Source: Candidatus Krumholzibacteriota bacterium (GTDB lineage: Bacteria > Krumholzibacteriota > Krumholzibacteriia > JACNKJ01). From it: DNA of 64,000 bases. The notes beneath the pieces were generated by a model, which was not told the origin of the DNA, ran no database searches, and saw only the letters and a program-made list of their open reading frames with translations. Positions 1 through 8,739 of the stretch are shown in pieces; the first letter of the stretch is position 1; each line of letters starts with the position of its first letter. Location: NCBI GenBank assembly GCA_016933175.1, contig JAFGBK010000072.1:1296-65295 (forward strand), in the 5' to 3' direction. The translations under genes were made by a program, and so were the position numbers.

Positions 1-424
1 GCGCGAGGCCGTCCGGGTCCGCGATCTGGATGCCCAGGTACGTTTCCTGCCAGCGGTTCCCCACGACGCGGTGCCCCTGTGGATGGGGGCCTGCGACTGC
101 CTGGTGCTGCCCAGCCGCATGGAGGGCTGCCCCAACGTCCTGGTGGAGGCCCTGGCCTGCGGCCGGCCCGTGGTGGCCAGCCGCGTGGGCGGGGTGCCGG
201 AGATCGTCGTCGAGGGGGAGACGGGGCTGCTGGTGCCGCCCGGGCGACCGGCGCCCCTGGCGGACGCCCTGCGCCAGGCCGCGGGCTTCGCCCTGCGGCC
301 CGAGGCCAGCCCCCTGTGGGGCCGCGACTGGGAGCAAGTGGGGGACGAGATGGCCGGTCTCGTGGCGGGCATGCTCGCGCGGTCCGATCACCGGCAAGGG
401 AGGGACCCGTCGTGGACTTCGTGA
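1..424 (+). CDS. glycosyltransferase family 4 (GT1 fold), C-terminal fragment; start lies upstream of window
   Basis: Frame-2 translation ...RFLPAVPHDAVPLWMGACDCLVLPSRMEGCPNVLVEALACGRPVVASRVGGVPEIVVEGETGLLV matches the conserved C-terminal EX7E-type motif region of GT4 enzymes. Stop at 422-424. Confidence 0.8.
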   Translation, partial: REAVRVRDLDAQVRFLPAVPHDAVPLWMGACDCLVLPSRMEGCPNVLVEALACGRPVVASRVGGVPEIVVEGETGLLVPPGRPAPLADALRQAAGFALRPEASPLWGRDWEQVGDEMAGLVAGMLARSDHRQGRDPSWTS

Positions 425-1551
425 TCCTGGCCAACGCCTGGCAGGACGGCCTGCGCAACCCGACCAGCAAGCACCACGTAGCCGAGGAGCTGGCCCGGCA
501 GGGCCACCGCGTCCTGTGGATCAACGGCGCCGGCATGCGCACGCCCAGCGTGGCGGCGGGCCAGGATCGCTCCCGCATCCTCGTGAAGCTGAAGCAGGCC
601 CTGAGCGGCATCCAGGCGGCGGCGCCGAGCATCCACGTCATCGCGCCCCTCATCGTGCCTCTGCCCGGGCGGGCGGCCGTGCGCCGCCTCAACGCGGGCG
701 TCTACGCGCTCTGCGCCCGCGTCGCCGCCCGGCGCCTGGGCCTCGTCGAGCCGGCCCTCATCAACTTCCTGCCCATGGTGCCCGACTTCCAGCGGCGCTG
801 GCCCTGGCGCAAGGTCTACTACTGCGTGGACCGCTGGGACGCCTTCGACACCTACGACACCGGTCTCATGCTGCGCCTGGACGAGGACTGCTGCCGCTCG
901 GCCGACCTGGTGATCACAACCTCCCTGATGCTCACCGAGCGCGCCCGGAGCTACGGCGCGCGCGTGGAGGAGATCCCGCACGGCGTCAACCACCCCCACT
1001 TCGCGCGGGCTCTGGACGCCGTCGAGCGCCCGGCCGACATGCCGGCGGGGCCGGTCGTGGGCTTCATCGGGCTCATCAGCGAGTGGGTGGACCAGGCGCT
1101 GCTGGTGCGCCTGGCGCGGGCCCACCCGGCGGCGGCCGTCGTCCTCATCGGCAAGGCGGACGTGGACACGGCGGTCCTGGCGGCCGAGCCCAACATCCAC
1201 CTGCTGGGCCCGCGGCCCTTCGCGCGCCTGCCCGAGTACCTGGCCCACTGCCGGGTGGGGATCATTCCCTTCGTCGTGAACGAGTTGACGCGGGCCGTGA
1301 ATCCCATCAAGCTCCGGGAGATGCTGGCGGCCGGCTGCCCGGTGGTGTCCACGGCCCTGCCCGAAGTGGGGCGCTACACCGAGGGCGTGGACGTGGCCGC
1401 GAGCGACGCGGAGTTCGTCGCCCGGGTGGGCGAGCGCCTCCAGGCGCCGCTCGCGGACGGCGAGCGGCGCGCCCTGAGCGGGTCCGTGGCGGGCGAGACC
1501 TGGGAGCGCAAGGTCGAGCGGCTGCTCGTCCTGGTCACCGGCGCCGCGTGA
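412..1551 (+). CDS. glycosyltransferase family 4
   Basis: GTG at 412 is preceded by AAGGGAGGGA (396-405). The body carries GT4-like C-terminal motifs (HLLGPRPF...GIIPFVVNELTRAVNPIKLREMLAAGCPVVST). The real product is much shorter than the 490-aa frame ORF. Confidence 0.8.
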   Translation: MDFVILANAWQDGLRNPTSKHHVAEELARQGHRVLWINGAGMRTPSVAAGQDRSRILVKLKQALSGIQAAAPSIHVIAPLIVPLPGRAAVRRLNAGVYALCARVAARRLGLVEPALINFLPMVPDFQRRWPWRKVYYCVDRWDAFDTYDTGLMLRLDEDCCRSADLVITTSLMLTERARSYGARVEEIPHGVNHPHFARALDAVERPADMPAGPVVGFIGLISEWVDQALLVRLARAHPAAAVVLIGKADVDTAVLAAEPNIHLLGPRPFARLPEYLAHCRVGIIPFVVNELTRAVNPIKLREMLAAGCPVVSTALPEVGRYTEGVDVAASDAEFVARVGERLQAPLADGERRALSGSVAGETWERKVERLLVLVTGAA

Positions 1552-1588
1552 GGACCGCCGTGCCCGGAACCCTGCGCGAGGAGTTCCC

Positions 1589-3202
1589 GTGAACCCGCTC
1601 GTTGCCATCCCGCTGCTTCTGGTCCTGCTCCTGGCCCTCAGCGCCGCGCGGCTGATCAGGCGCAACCGGCTCTACCACTTCGAGATCTGGCTGAGGCCCT
1701 GGCTGCGGCGGCGCCGCGAGCTGAGTGGCCGCCTGCCCCCCGTCGGTCCGGACCGCTGCCGCGACCTGCTCTTCTGCTTCGTGGACCATTTCGAGCCCGG
1801 CACGCGGGAAGCCGATCCCGAGCAGAGCGCCGCCCGCTTCCGCGTCTGGACGGAGGGCTGGCCGGCCCTGGCCAGCCGCTTCGCCGACAGCGACGGCCGC
1901 CGTCCCCAGCACAGCTTCTTCTTCCCGCCCCATTACTTCAGCGACTCCTACCTGCGCGGCCTCGCGGCGATGGACTGGCAGGGCGTGGGGGAGACCGAGC
2001 TGCACCTGCACCACGAGAACGACGACAGCGCGAGCCTGCGCGCCCTGCTCGAGGAGACGGTGGCGCTCTACGCCCGCTTCGGCGTTCTCGCCTGCCAGGG
2101 CGATCCCGTGACGAGGCGCTACGCCTTCATCCACGGCAACTGGGCCCTGGACAACTCCCTTCCCGGCCTCTGCGGGGTCAACGACGAGCTGAGCGTCCTG
2201 CAGGCCACGGGCTGCTACGCCGACTTCACCTTTCCCAGCCTCCACCGCGCCCAGCCGCGCATGGTCAACGTCGTCTACCGGGCCGTGGACGATCCCGACC
2301 GGCCCAAGAGCTACGACCACGGCCGTCCCCTGCGTGCGGGCCGGCCGCCGGCGCCCGACGAGTTCCTCCTCGTGACGGGGCCCCTCGGCCTGCGGCTGCG
2401 GCGGCAGCCGCCCTTCGTGGCCGTGGAGGACGCGGACGTCACTGGCGGCGCGCCGGGCACGCCCGAGCGGGTGCGGCGCTGGGTCCGCCAGGGGATCCAC
2501 GTGGCGGGCCGGCCCGAGTGGATCTTCGTCAAGGTGCACACCCATGGCGCTCCCGAGGAGCACCGCGAGGCCCTGCTGGGCCGAACGGCCGAGCGCATGT
2601 ACGCCGCTCTCTGCGAGGAGTACGGCGACGGGGTTCGCTGGCGACTGCACTTCGTCACCGCCCGGGAGATGGCCAACATCGCCCGGGCCGCCGAGGACGG
2701 CCGCCTCGGCGACGCCGGCCGTTACCGGGACTACTGGATCCCGCCCTACCTGACCCGCTCCCTGCGCTGCAGCGGCCGCTACGAGGCCGCGGCCTTCCTG
2801 CCGCCCGCGGCGCCGGTGGCCCTGCCGCGCCTGGAGCTGCGCCTGGAATCGCCCGGCCCCGCCGCGAATCTGGAGCTGCGGGCCGGTCTCCTGCGTCGCG
2901 TTCGCGGTCCCATGGCCGCCCTGGAGATCACGCCCGCCGCGGGCGGGGCGGCGGCCGCCTCCGGCGCGGGCGGCCTGGCGGCGCCCGGGGCCGCCGGAGA
3001 GCTGGTCCTTACCGGCTCCGGCGAGGTGGAGCTATTCTTGCTCGACGGTGCGGGGCTACGGGGTCCGCAGGGTCCCCTTGCGGTCCGCGAGCGGATTCTC
3101 GAAGGGGACATCTCCTTGTCCCGCTTCGTGTTGCAACTTGACGCCGGGACGCCGTCCCGCCTGGAGGCGCTGCCTCCCGGGCAGGGCGGGGTCGTTTCCT
3201 AG
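1589..3202 (+). CDS. hypothetical signal-anchored protein of the EPS operon; possible divergent NodB/CE4-like fold
   Basis: GTG start with GAGGAG 5 nt upstream. N-terminal transmembrane helix (LVAIPLLLVLLLALSAARL). Conserved-looking blocks LFCFVDHFEPG and FIHGNWALDNS. Low-complexity Ala/Gly-rich C-terminus. Sits in operon context. Confidence 0.55.
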   Translation: MNPLVAIPLLLVLLLALSAARLIRRNRLYHFEIWLRPWLRRRRELSGRLPPVGPDRCRDLLFCFVDHFEPGTREADPEQSAARFRVWTEGWPALASRFADSDGRRPQHSFFFPPHYFSDSYLRGLAAMDWQGVGETELHLHHENDDSASLRALLEETVALYARFGVLACQGDPVTRRYAFIHGNWALDNSLPGLCGVNDELSVLQATGCYADFTFPSLHRAQPRMVNVVYRAVDDPDRPKSYDHGRPLRAGRPPAPDEFLLVTGPLGLRLRRQPPFVAVEDADVTGGAPGTPERVRRWVRQGIHVAGRPEWIFVKVHTHGAPEEHREALLGRTAERMYAALCEEYGDGVRWRLHFVTAREMANIARAAEDGRLGDAGRYRDYWIPPYLTRSLRCSGRYEAAAFLPPAAPVALPRLELRLESPGPAANLELRAGLLRRVRGPMAALEITPAAGGAAAASGAGGLAAPGAAGELVLTGSGEVELFLLDGAGLRGPQGPLAVRERILEGDISLSRFVLQLDAGTPSRLEALPPGQGGVVS

Positions 3203-3216
3203 GCAACGGGAGCGGC

Positions 3217-4236
3217 ATGGACCGACTGCCGAGGCTCAGTCCCTTCCAGCGCTTCGTGGTCCGGAACCACGAGGCGCGCTGGCTCATGGCGGCCACCAGC
3301 GTCCTGGCGCCGCGGCGGCTCTTCCGGAGCTTCATGGACCTCGCCCGGCGCGAGCCCCTGCCCTGGCTGCGCCGGCGCGCCGCCCTGACCCTCAGCTTCG
3401 ACTGCGACTTCACCAAGGACGTCGAGGCCTTCCCCGCAGTGACGCGGCTCCTGGCCGATCACGGCCTGCGCGCCTCCTTCGCGGTGGTGGGCCTCTGGGT
3501 GGAGCGCCACCCGGACCTGCACCGCGCCCTGGTGGGCGCCGGCCACGAGCTGCTCAACCACACCTGGAGCCACCCGGACAACCCGGAGATCGATCCCGAC
3601 CGCAAGTTCCGCCTCCTCCCGCGCGCCGAGAAGCGCGAGGAGCTGGAGCGCGCCCACGAGATCATCGCCCGGGTGACGGGGGTGGAGTGCGCCGGCTGCC
3701 GCATCCCGCACTTCAAGGACCTGTTCACGCCGGACGTCTACGACATCCTGGCCGAGCTGGGCTACCGCTTCGACTCGTCCACGCTCATGACGGGCGCGCC
3801 CGGCGGCGGCCGGCCCTACCGCGCCGGGGCGGGCGTCTGGGAGTTTCCCCTCACCACCTGCCCCAAGCATCCCCTGACGGTGCTCGACACCTGGCACAGC
3901 CTGCACGTGGGCCACCCCTTCTACCGCCTCAGCCATCACGGCCAGGCGGCCTTCTGCGCGCTGCTCTGGGAGACCATCGAGGCGGCTCTGGAAGCGGGGG
4001 GCTGGGTGAACATCTACCTGGACCCCTGGGACGTGCCGGCCCTGACGGACCTGCCCGGCGTGCTGGCTCGCGTGGCCGAGCGCGCCGGCGAGCTGGAGGT
4101 GCTCGGCTACGACGAGATCCTGGCGCGCCTGGAGGCGGGCGCCGGCGCCGCGCCGGACGACGCGCGCGGCGCGCCCGGCGCGGGGGATGCCCCGCCGGGC
4201 CGCGGGACCGGCACCGCGCCGGGGGGCGCGCGCTGA
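3217..4236 (+). CDS. polysaccharide deacetylase (NodB homology/CE4), PEP-CTERM-locus type
   Basis: Motifs LTLSFDCDFTKD (Asp-containing TFDD-like motif) and LNHTWSHP (His motif). ATG at 3217 with GGGAG upstream. Stop overlaps the next start (TGATG). Confidence 0.85.
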   Translation: MDRLPRLSPFQRFVVRNHEARWLMAATSVLAPRRLFRSFMDLARREPLPWLRRRAALTLSFDCDFTKDVEAFPAVTRLLADHGLRASFAVVGLWVERHPDLHRALVGAGHELLNHTWSHPDNPEIDPDRKFRLLPRAEKREELERAHEIIARVTGVECAGCRIPHFKDLFTPDVYDILAELGYRFDSSTLMTGAPGGGRPYRAGAGVWEFPLTTCPKHPLTVLDTWHSLHVGHPFYRLSHHGQAAFCALLWETIEAALEAGGWVNIYLDPWDVPALTDLPGVLARVAERAGELEVLGYDEILARLEAGAGAAPDDARGAPGAGDAPPGRGTGTAPGGAR

Positions 4237-6224
4237 TGTGCGGCATCGCGGGCATCGTGGACCGGCGGCGGGCGCCGGACATCGAGACGATCAAGCGCAT
4301 GACGCTGACCCTCGAGCACCGCGGCCCCGACGCCTTCGGCCTGCACGTGGCCGGGCCTCTGGCCCTGGGCCACAGCCGCCTGTCCATCATCGACCTGAAC
4401 ACGGGCGACCAGCCCATGGCCGACCCCTCCGGGCGCTGGTGGATCTGCTACAACGGCGAGCTGTTCAACTACGTCGAGCTGCGGGAGGAGCTGTCCGCCC
4501 GCGGCCACCGCTTCCACACCACCAGCGACACCGAGGTGGTCCTGCACCAGCTCGCCGAGCACGGCCCCGGCGGCCTGGCGGCCATGAACGGCCAGTGGGC
4601 CATCGCCCTCTGGGACGCGCGCGAGGAGAGCCTCCTGCTCGCCCGCGACCGCTTCGGCATCCGGCCCCTGCACTACTGGCGCGGCGATGGAGTGTTCGTC
4701 TTCGCCTCGGAGGTCAAGGCCCTGCTGGCCCACCCCGCGGTGCCGCGGGAACCGGACCCGGAGGGGCTGCTCCAGGTCTTTCGCTACTGGGCGCCCCTGC
4801 CGGGCCGCACAGCCTTCCGCGACGTGCGCGAGGTGAAGGCCGGGCACTGGCTCCACCTGGACGCCGCCGGCCTGCGCGAGGAGCGCTGGTGGCGCATGCC
4901 CTTTTGCGCGGGGTCGCACGCCGTGCGCGACGCCGGCGAGGCGACGGAACTCCTGCGCGAGCGGCTGCGCGTGGCGACGCGACTGCGCCTGCGCGCCGAC
5001 GTGCCCGTGGGCGCCTACGTCAGCGGCGGCATCGACAGCAGCCTCCTCGCCTCGCTGATCAAGGACGAGAATCCGGGCATGAAGACCTTCTCCATCCGCT
5101 TCACGGACCGGGTCTTCGATGAGTCGTCCTACCAGGAGTTGATGGTGCGGCACCTGGGCAGCGAGCACCACTTCGTCGAGGTGGGCGGCGCCGAGATCGC
5201 GGCGGCCTTCCCGCGGCTGGTGCGCCATGCCGAGAAACCCGTGCTGCGCACGGCGCCCACGCCGCTGATGCTGCTGGCGGAGAAGGTGCGCCAGGTGGGG
5301 CTCAAGGTGGTCCTCACGGGCGAGGGCGCCGACGAGGTGCTGGCGGGCTACGACCTGTTCAAGGATGCCAAGATCCGCCACTGGTGGGCGCGGCGGCCCG
5401 AGAGCCGCCTGAGACCCCTGCTCCTGGGGCGGCTCTACCCCACCAGCCCCATGCTGGCCAAGGCGGGCCGCAGCGAGGTGCTGCGGCAGTACTACGGCCA
5501 GTGGATCGCCGATCCCGGCGACCGCGGCTTCAGCCACCGTCCGCGCTGGGAGACGACGGCCGGCGTCCTGGACCGCTACCTGTCGCCCGCGCTGCGCGCG
5601 CTGCTGGCGCGCGTCCCCGAGTGGGACGCCGGCTACCTCGACGCCCTTCCGGCCGACTTCGACGGCTGGGATCCCCTGGATCGGGCCCAGCTCCTCGAGG
5701 CCGAGACCCTGCTGGGGGGCTACCTGCTGAGCAGCCAGGGCGACCGGCCGGCCATGGCCCACAGCGTCGAGGGGCGCTTCCCCTATCTCGATCCCGACGT
5801 CGTGGCGGCCAGCTGCGCCATGGATCCGCGCCTGCGCCTGCCCGTCCTGCACGAGAAGGCGGTGCTCAAGAGCGCCGCCCGCGGCGTGCTGCCCGACGCG
5901 ATCCTCGACCGGCCCAAGCAGCCCTACATGGCGCCGGACGCGCCCAGCTTCTTCGGCGAGGGCGCGCCGGAGTGGGTGGGCGAACTCCTTGCCCGGGACC
6001 GGGTGGCCCGGTATGGTCTGTTCGATCCGGACGCCGTCGACGCCCTCCGGCGCAAGATGGAGCGGCGCCGCCGCAACCTCATCGGCTTCCGGGACAACAT
6101 GCTGGCGGTGGGCATCCTGTCCTGCCAGCTGCTCCTGCGCGACTTCGTCGAGGGGCGGCCCGAGCCGGCACGCGCTGTGGCGGCCTTCCGCGAGGCCCTG
6201 CCCCTGGGCAGTCAACCCGTATGA
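4236..6224 (+). CDS. asnB: asparagine synthase (glutamine-hydrolysing), exosortase-associated amidotransferase type
   Basis: N-terminal MCGIAGIV (Cys2 Ntn glutaminase). SGGIDSS PP-loop at ~4990-5040. ATG overlaps the upstream stop. Confidence 0.9.
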   Translation: MCGIAGIVDRRRAPDIETIKRMTLTLEHRGPDAFGLHVAGPLALGHSRLSIIDLNTGDQPMADPSGRWWICYNGELFNYVELREELSARGHRFHTTSDTEVVLHQLAEHGPGGLAAMNGQWAIALWDAREESLLLARDRFGIRPLHYWRGDGVFVFASEVKALLAHPAVPREPDPEGLLQVFRYWAPLPGRTAFRDVREVKAGHWLHLDAAGLREERWWRMPFCAGSHAVRDAGEATELLRERLRVATRLRLRADVPVGAYVSGGIDSSLLASLIKDENPGMKTFSIRFTDRVFDESSYQELMVRHLGSEHHFVEVGGAEIAAAFPRLVRHAEKPVLRTAPTPLMLLAEKVRQVGLKVVLTGEGADEVLAGYDLFKDAKIRHWWARRPESRLRPLLLGRLYPTSPMLAKAGRSEVLRQYYGQWIADPGDRGFSHRPRWETTAGVLDRYLSPALRALLARVPEWDAGYLDALPADFDGWDPLDRAQLLEAETLLGGYLLSSQGDRPAMAHSVEGRFPYLDPDVVAASCAMDPRLRLPVLHEKAVLKSAARGVLPDAILDRPKQPYMAPDAPSFFGEGAPEWVGELLARDRVARYGLFDPDAVDALRRKMERRRRNLIGFRDNMLAVGILSCQLLLRDFVEGRPEPARAVAAFREALPLGSQPV

Positions 6225-6238
6225 ACTAGCGAGGAACG

Positions 6239-6484
6239 ATGGAAGCGAAGATCCGACAGTTCATCGTCGACACCTTCCTGGCGGGAAAGGACGATCCCGA
6301 CTTCGGAAACGATGACTCGCTCCTGGACACGAGGATCCTGGATTCCACCGGCATGGTGGAGCTCGTGGAGTTCGTGGAGGACGAGTTCGGCGTCACCGTG
6401 GACGATTCCGAGCTGACGCCCGAGAACCTTGACTCCGTCATGCGCGTGGCCGCCTTCGTGGGCAGGAAGGTCAACGCCGGCTAG
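6239..6484 (+). CDS. acyl carrier protein
   Basis: 81 aa and acidic, with LDSTGMVEL phosphopantetheine-attachment Ser motif. GAGGAA RBS. Confidence 0.85.
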   Translation: MEAKIRQFIVDTFLAGKDDPDFGNDDSLLDTRILDSTGMVELVEFVEDEFGVTVDDSELTPENLDSVMRVAAFVGRKVNAG

Positions 6485-6497
6485 AGACGAGGCGAAG

Positions 6498-8075
6498 ATG
6501 GATGCGGTCTGGAACTACCTCGAGCGCGCGCGGCGTGACCATCCCGCCGGGGAGGCCGTCGTGCATGGCGAGGCACGCTGGAGCTGGGAGGACCTGCACC
6601 GCCGCGCGCAGGGCCTCGCCGTCGCCCTGGAGGCGCAGGGCGTGGCGCCTGGCCAGCGCGTGGCCCTGCTCTGGGAGAACTCGCCCGAGTACGTGCAGAT
6701 CTACTTCGCCCTGCACCGCCTGGGCGCCATCCTGGTGGGGCTCAATCCCGTCAACGACGCGGCCTACGTGATGCGTGTCTGCGCGGACTGCGAGCCGGCC
6801 GCCCTCGTCGGCCAGGCCAAGTTCCTGCGGCGCATCGCGCCGGACCTGGACCCGGCGCGGGTGCCGCCGCTCTGGCTGCTGGACGCGCCGCTGGACGCGC
6901 CACCCGGCGGCCCGCGCATGGCGCAGCTCCGCGAGGAGGCGGGCGATCCGCGCGCGGCGCTGCCCGCAGCCGGCGACGACGCCATGATCCTCTACACCTC
7001 GGGCACCACGGGCCGCCCCAAGGGCGTGACCCTCACCCAGCGCAACCTCACGGCCAACACGGAGTCCATCGTCGAGTACCTGGCCCTGACCCGCGAGGAC
7101 CGCGTGATGGTGGTGCTGCCCTTCTTCTACTCCTACGGCCACTCGCTGCTGCTCACCCACGCGGCCGTGGCCGGCGCGCTGGTGGTGGACAACCGCTTCG
7201 CCTTCCCGCGCGTGGTGCTGGACACCATGGAGCGCGAGGCCGTCACCGGCATCAGCGGCGTGCCCAGCACCTACGCCATCCTCATGCAGAAGACGCGGCT
7301 CGACGAGCACCCGCTGCCCGGCCTGCGCTACTTCACCATCGCGGGCGGCGGCCTGCCCGTGGCGGACCTGCAGCGCCTGCGCGGGCTATGGCCCAGCGTG
7401 ACGCCCTTCGTCATGTACGGGCAGACCGAGGGCACCGCGCGCCTGAGCTATCTCGATCCCGCCGAGTTGGATCGCAAGCTGGGCTCCATCGGCCGCGGCA
7501 TTCCCGGCGTCAGGCTGGAGGTGCTGGACGAGGACGGACGCGCCGCGCCGCCCGGCGTCACGGGGGAGATCGTCGCCTCGGGCGAGAACATCATGCGCGG
7601 CTACTGGCGGGACCCGGAGGAGACGCGCCGGGTCGTCGACGAGCAGGGGCGCCTGTGGACCGGCGACCTGGCCCGGGTGGACGACGAGGGCTACCTCTAC
7701 GTGGTCGGCCGCAAGAAGGACATGATCAAGAGCGGCGGCTACCGCATCAATCCGAAGGAGATCGAGGATCACATCGCCGAGCTGCCGGCGGTGGTCATGA
7801 GCGCCGTGCTCGGCATGCCGGACAGCATCCACGGCGAGCGCATCGTCGCCTGCATCGTCGCGCGCGCCGGGACGGACCTGGCGGCGGCGGACGTGACGCG
7901 GCACCTGCGCGGCTGCCTGCCCCACTGGAAGCAACCCCACGAGGTGCGCTTCGTGGAGGACCTGCCGCGGACCTCGTCGGGCAAGATCCAGAAGCACATT
8001 CTACGGGAGAGCCTCGCGGGCGGCGGGATGGCGACGGCCGGCGGGCAGCTCCCGCCCGGCGGGTCGGAGGCATAG
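6498..8075 (+). CDS. AMP-dependent acyl-CoA/acyl-ACP ligase (exosortase-system-associated type)
   Basis: Adenylation motifs LYTSGTTGRPKGV and YGQTEGT, GDLARVDDEGYLYVVGRKKDMIKSGGYRI, and the C-terminal lysine motif PRTSSGKI. Confidence 0.9.
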   Translation: MDAVWNYLERARRDHPAGEAVVHGEARWSWEDLHRRAQGLAVALEAQGVAPGQRVALLWENSPEYVQIYFALHRLGAILVGLNPVNDAAYVMRVCADCEPAALVGQAKFLRRIAPDLDPARVPPLWLLDAPLDAPPGGPRMAQLREEAGDPRAALPAAGDDAMILYTSGTTGRPKGVTLTQRNLTANTESIVEYLALTREDRVMVVLPFFYSYGHSLLLTHAAVAGALVVDNRFAFPRVVLDTMEREAVTGISGVPSTYAILMQKTRLDEHPLPGLRYFTIAGGGLPVADLQRLRGLWPSVTPFVMYGQTEGTARLSYLDPAELDRKLGSIGRGIPGVRLEVLDEDGRAAPPGVTGEIVASGENIMRGYWRDPEETRRVVDEQGRLWTGDLARVDDEGYLYVVGRKKDMIKSGGYRINPKEIEDHIAELPAVVMSAVLGMPDSIHGERIVACIVARAGTDLAAADVTRHLRGCLPHWKQPHEVRFVEDLPRTSSGKIQKHILRESLAGGGMATAGGQLPPGGSEA

Positions 8076-8079
8076 AAAA

Positions 8080-8107
8080 CCGGCGCCGCCCAAGCGGACG
8101 GCGCCGG
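8080..8107. terminator. GC hairpin between convergent genes (candidate bidirectional terminator)
   Basis: CCGGCGCCG-cccaagcgga-CGGCGCCGG perfect 9-bp inverted repeat. No clear U-tract. Confidence 0.35.
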
Positions 8108-8129
8108 CTGTCAGTCGTTCAAGGCGCGC

Positions 8130-8468
8130 TCAGGATCGCTTGCGTCGGATGAGACCGGCGATGCCCAGGGCGCCGACGCCAAGGAGGAGGCCGGTGGCCG
8201 GCTCCGGAACGGGGGCGTCGTTCGGGGGATCGTGCTCGACCTCGCCACCAGGGTTCTCGCCATCGGATCCGACGGAGGAATCGTCGGGATCGTCCGCGTC
8301 AGCATTGTGGCCGTGGATGATGAAGAGCTCCTCATCATTCGGGATGCCATGCATGAAGTCGCCATCCTCGATGACCTCGCTGCCGTTGACGTACTGGTCG
8401 ACGGACGCCAGAGCCGGCAGGGCCACGAGGAGAAGAAGGCTGGCCAAGATGGGGATACGCTTGAACAT
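8130..8468 (-). CDS. small acidic secreted protein with C-terminal PEP-CTERM sorting signal
   Basis: Signal peptide MFKRIPILASLLLLVALPALA. C-terminus PVPEPATGLLLGVGALGIAGLIRRKRS is a PEP motif, then a hydrophobic helix, then a basic tail. ATG at 8468 by frame arithmetic. Confidence 0.8.
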   Translation of the reverse strand: MFKRIPILASLLLLVALPALASVDQYVNGSEVIEDGDFMHGIPNDEELFIIHGHNADADDPDDSSVGSDGENPGGEVEHDPPNDAPVPEPATGLLLGVGALGIAGLIRRKRS

Positions 8469-8739
8469 ATGGACCATCCCTGTTGCAGAGCCTGAAGGCC
8501 TGCTTCCAAAGGGCAAAGACTTCCCGACGTGAGGACAATTCTAAGTGAGCTGGGAGTAGAAATCAAGATCCCAGGCGCGAGTTAGTTCAAGATTTTTCGG
8601 ACGAGTTGCAGGATAGTCTTCCTTGTGTGACAGGTCCGTCGGCAAGGAGTGACCGCCCGGGCCTTGAAAGAACTGGACATGCCCCATGGGGGTCGATAAT
8701 GTCCAAGTGGTTGTCAATCAAATGGATCGGGAGGATCTC

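Noticed and set aside
3048-6224. 1058-aa six-frame ORF spanning the deacetylase/asnB region. Similar giant or Arg/Pro/Gly-rich ORFs occur at 30..1592, 388..1665(-), 4107..6215(-), 8587..9897(-), 10459..12105(-), 16801..18846(+), 20094..23342(-), 31680..34751(+), 38809..41691(-), 50413..51720(-) upstream part, 54836..57703(+), 57451..59307(-) N-terminal part, and 58314..60266(-) N-terminal part.
   Set aside because: These are typical open-frame artefacts of ~70% GC DNA. Their translations are dominated by Arg/Pro/Gly/Ala with no family resemblance. The same DNA encodes well-recognised proteins in another frame or strand, and only the family-matching sub-segments were called.
8469-8721. Searched the divergent region between the PEP-CTERM gene and the Wza-like gene for sigma-54 or sigma-70 boxes.
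   Set aside because: Only off-spacing matches were found. TTGAAA and GATAAT are 25 nt apart, and no GG/GC pair at 12-nt spacing exists. No promoter was called.
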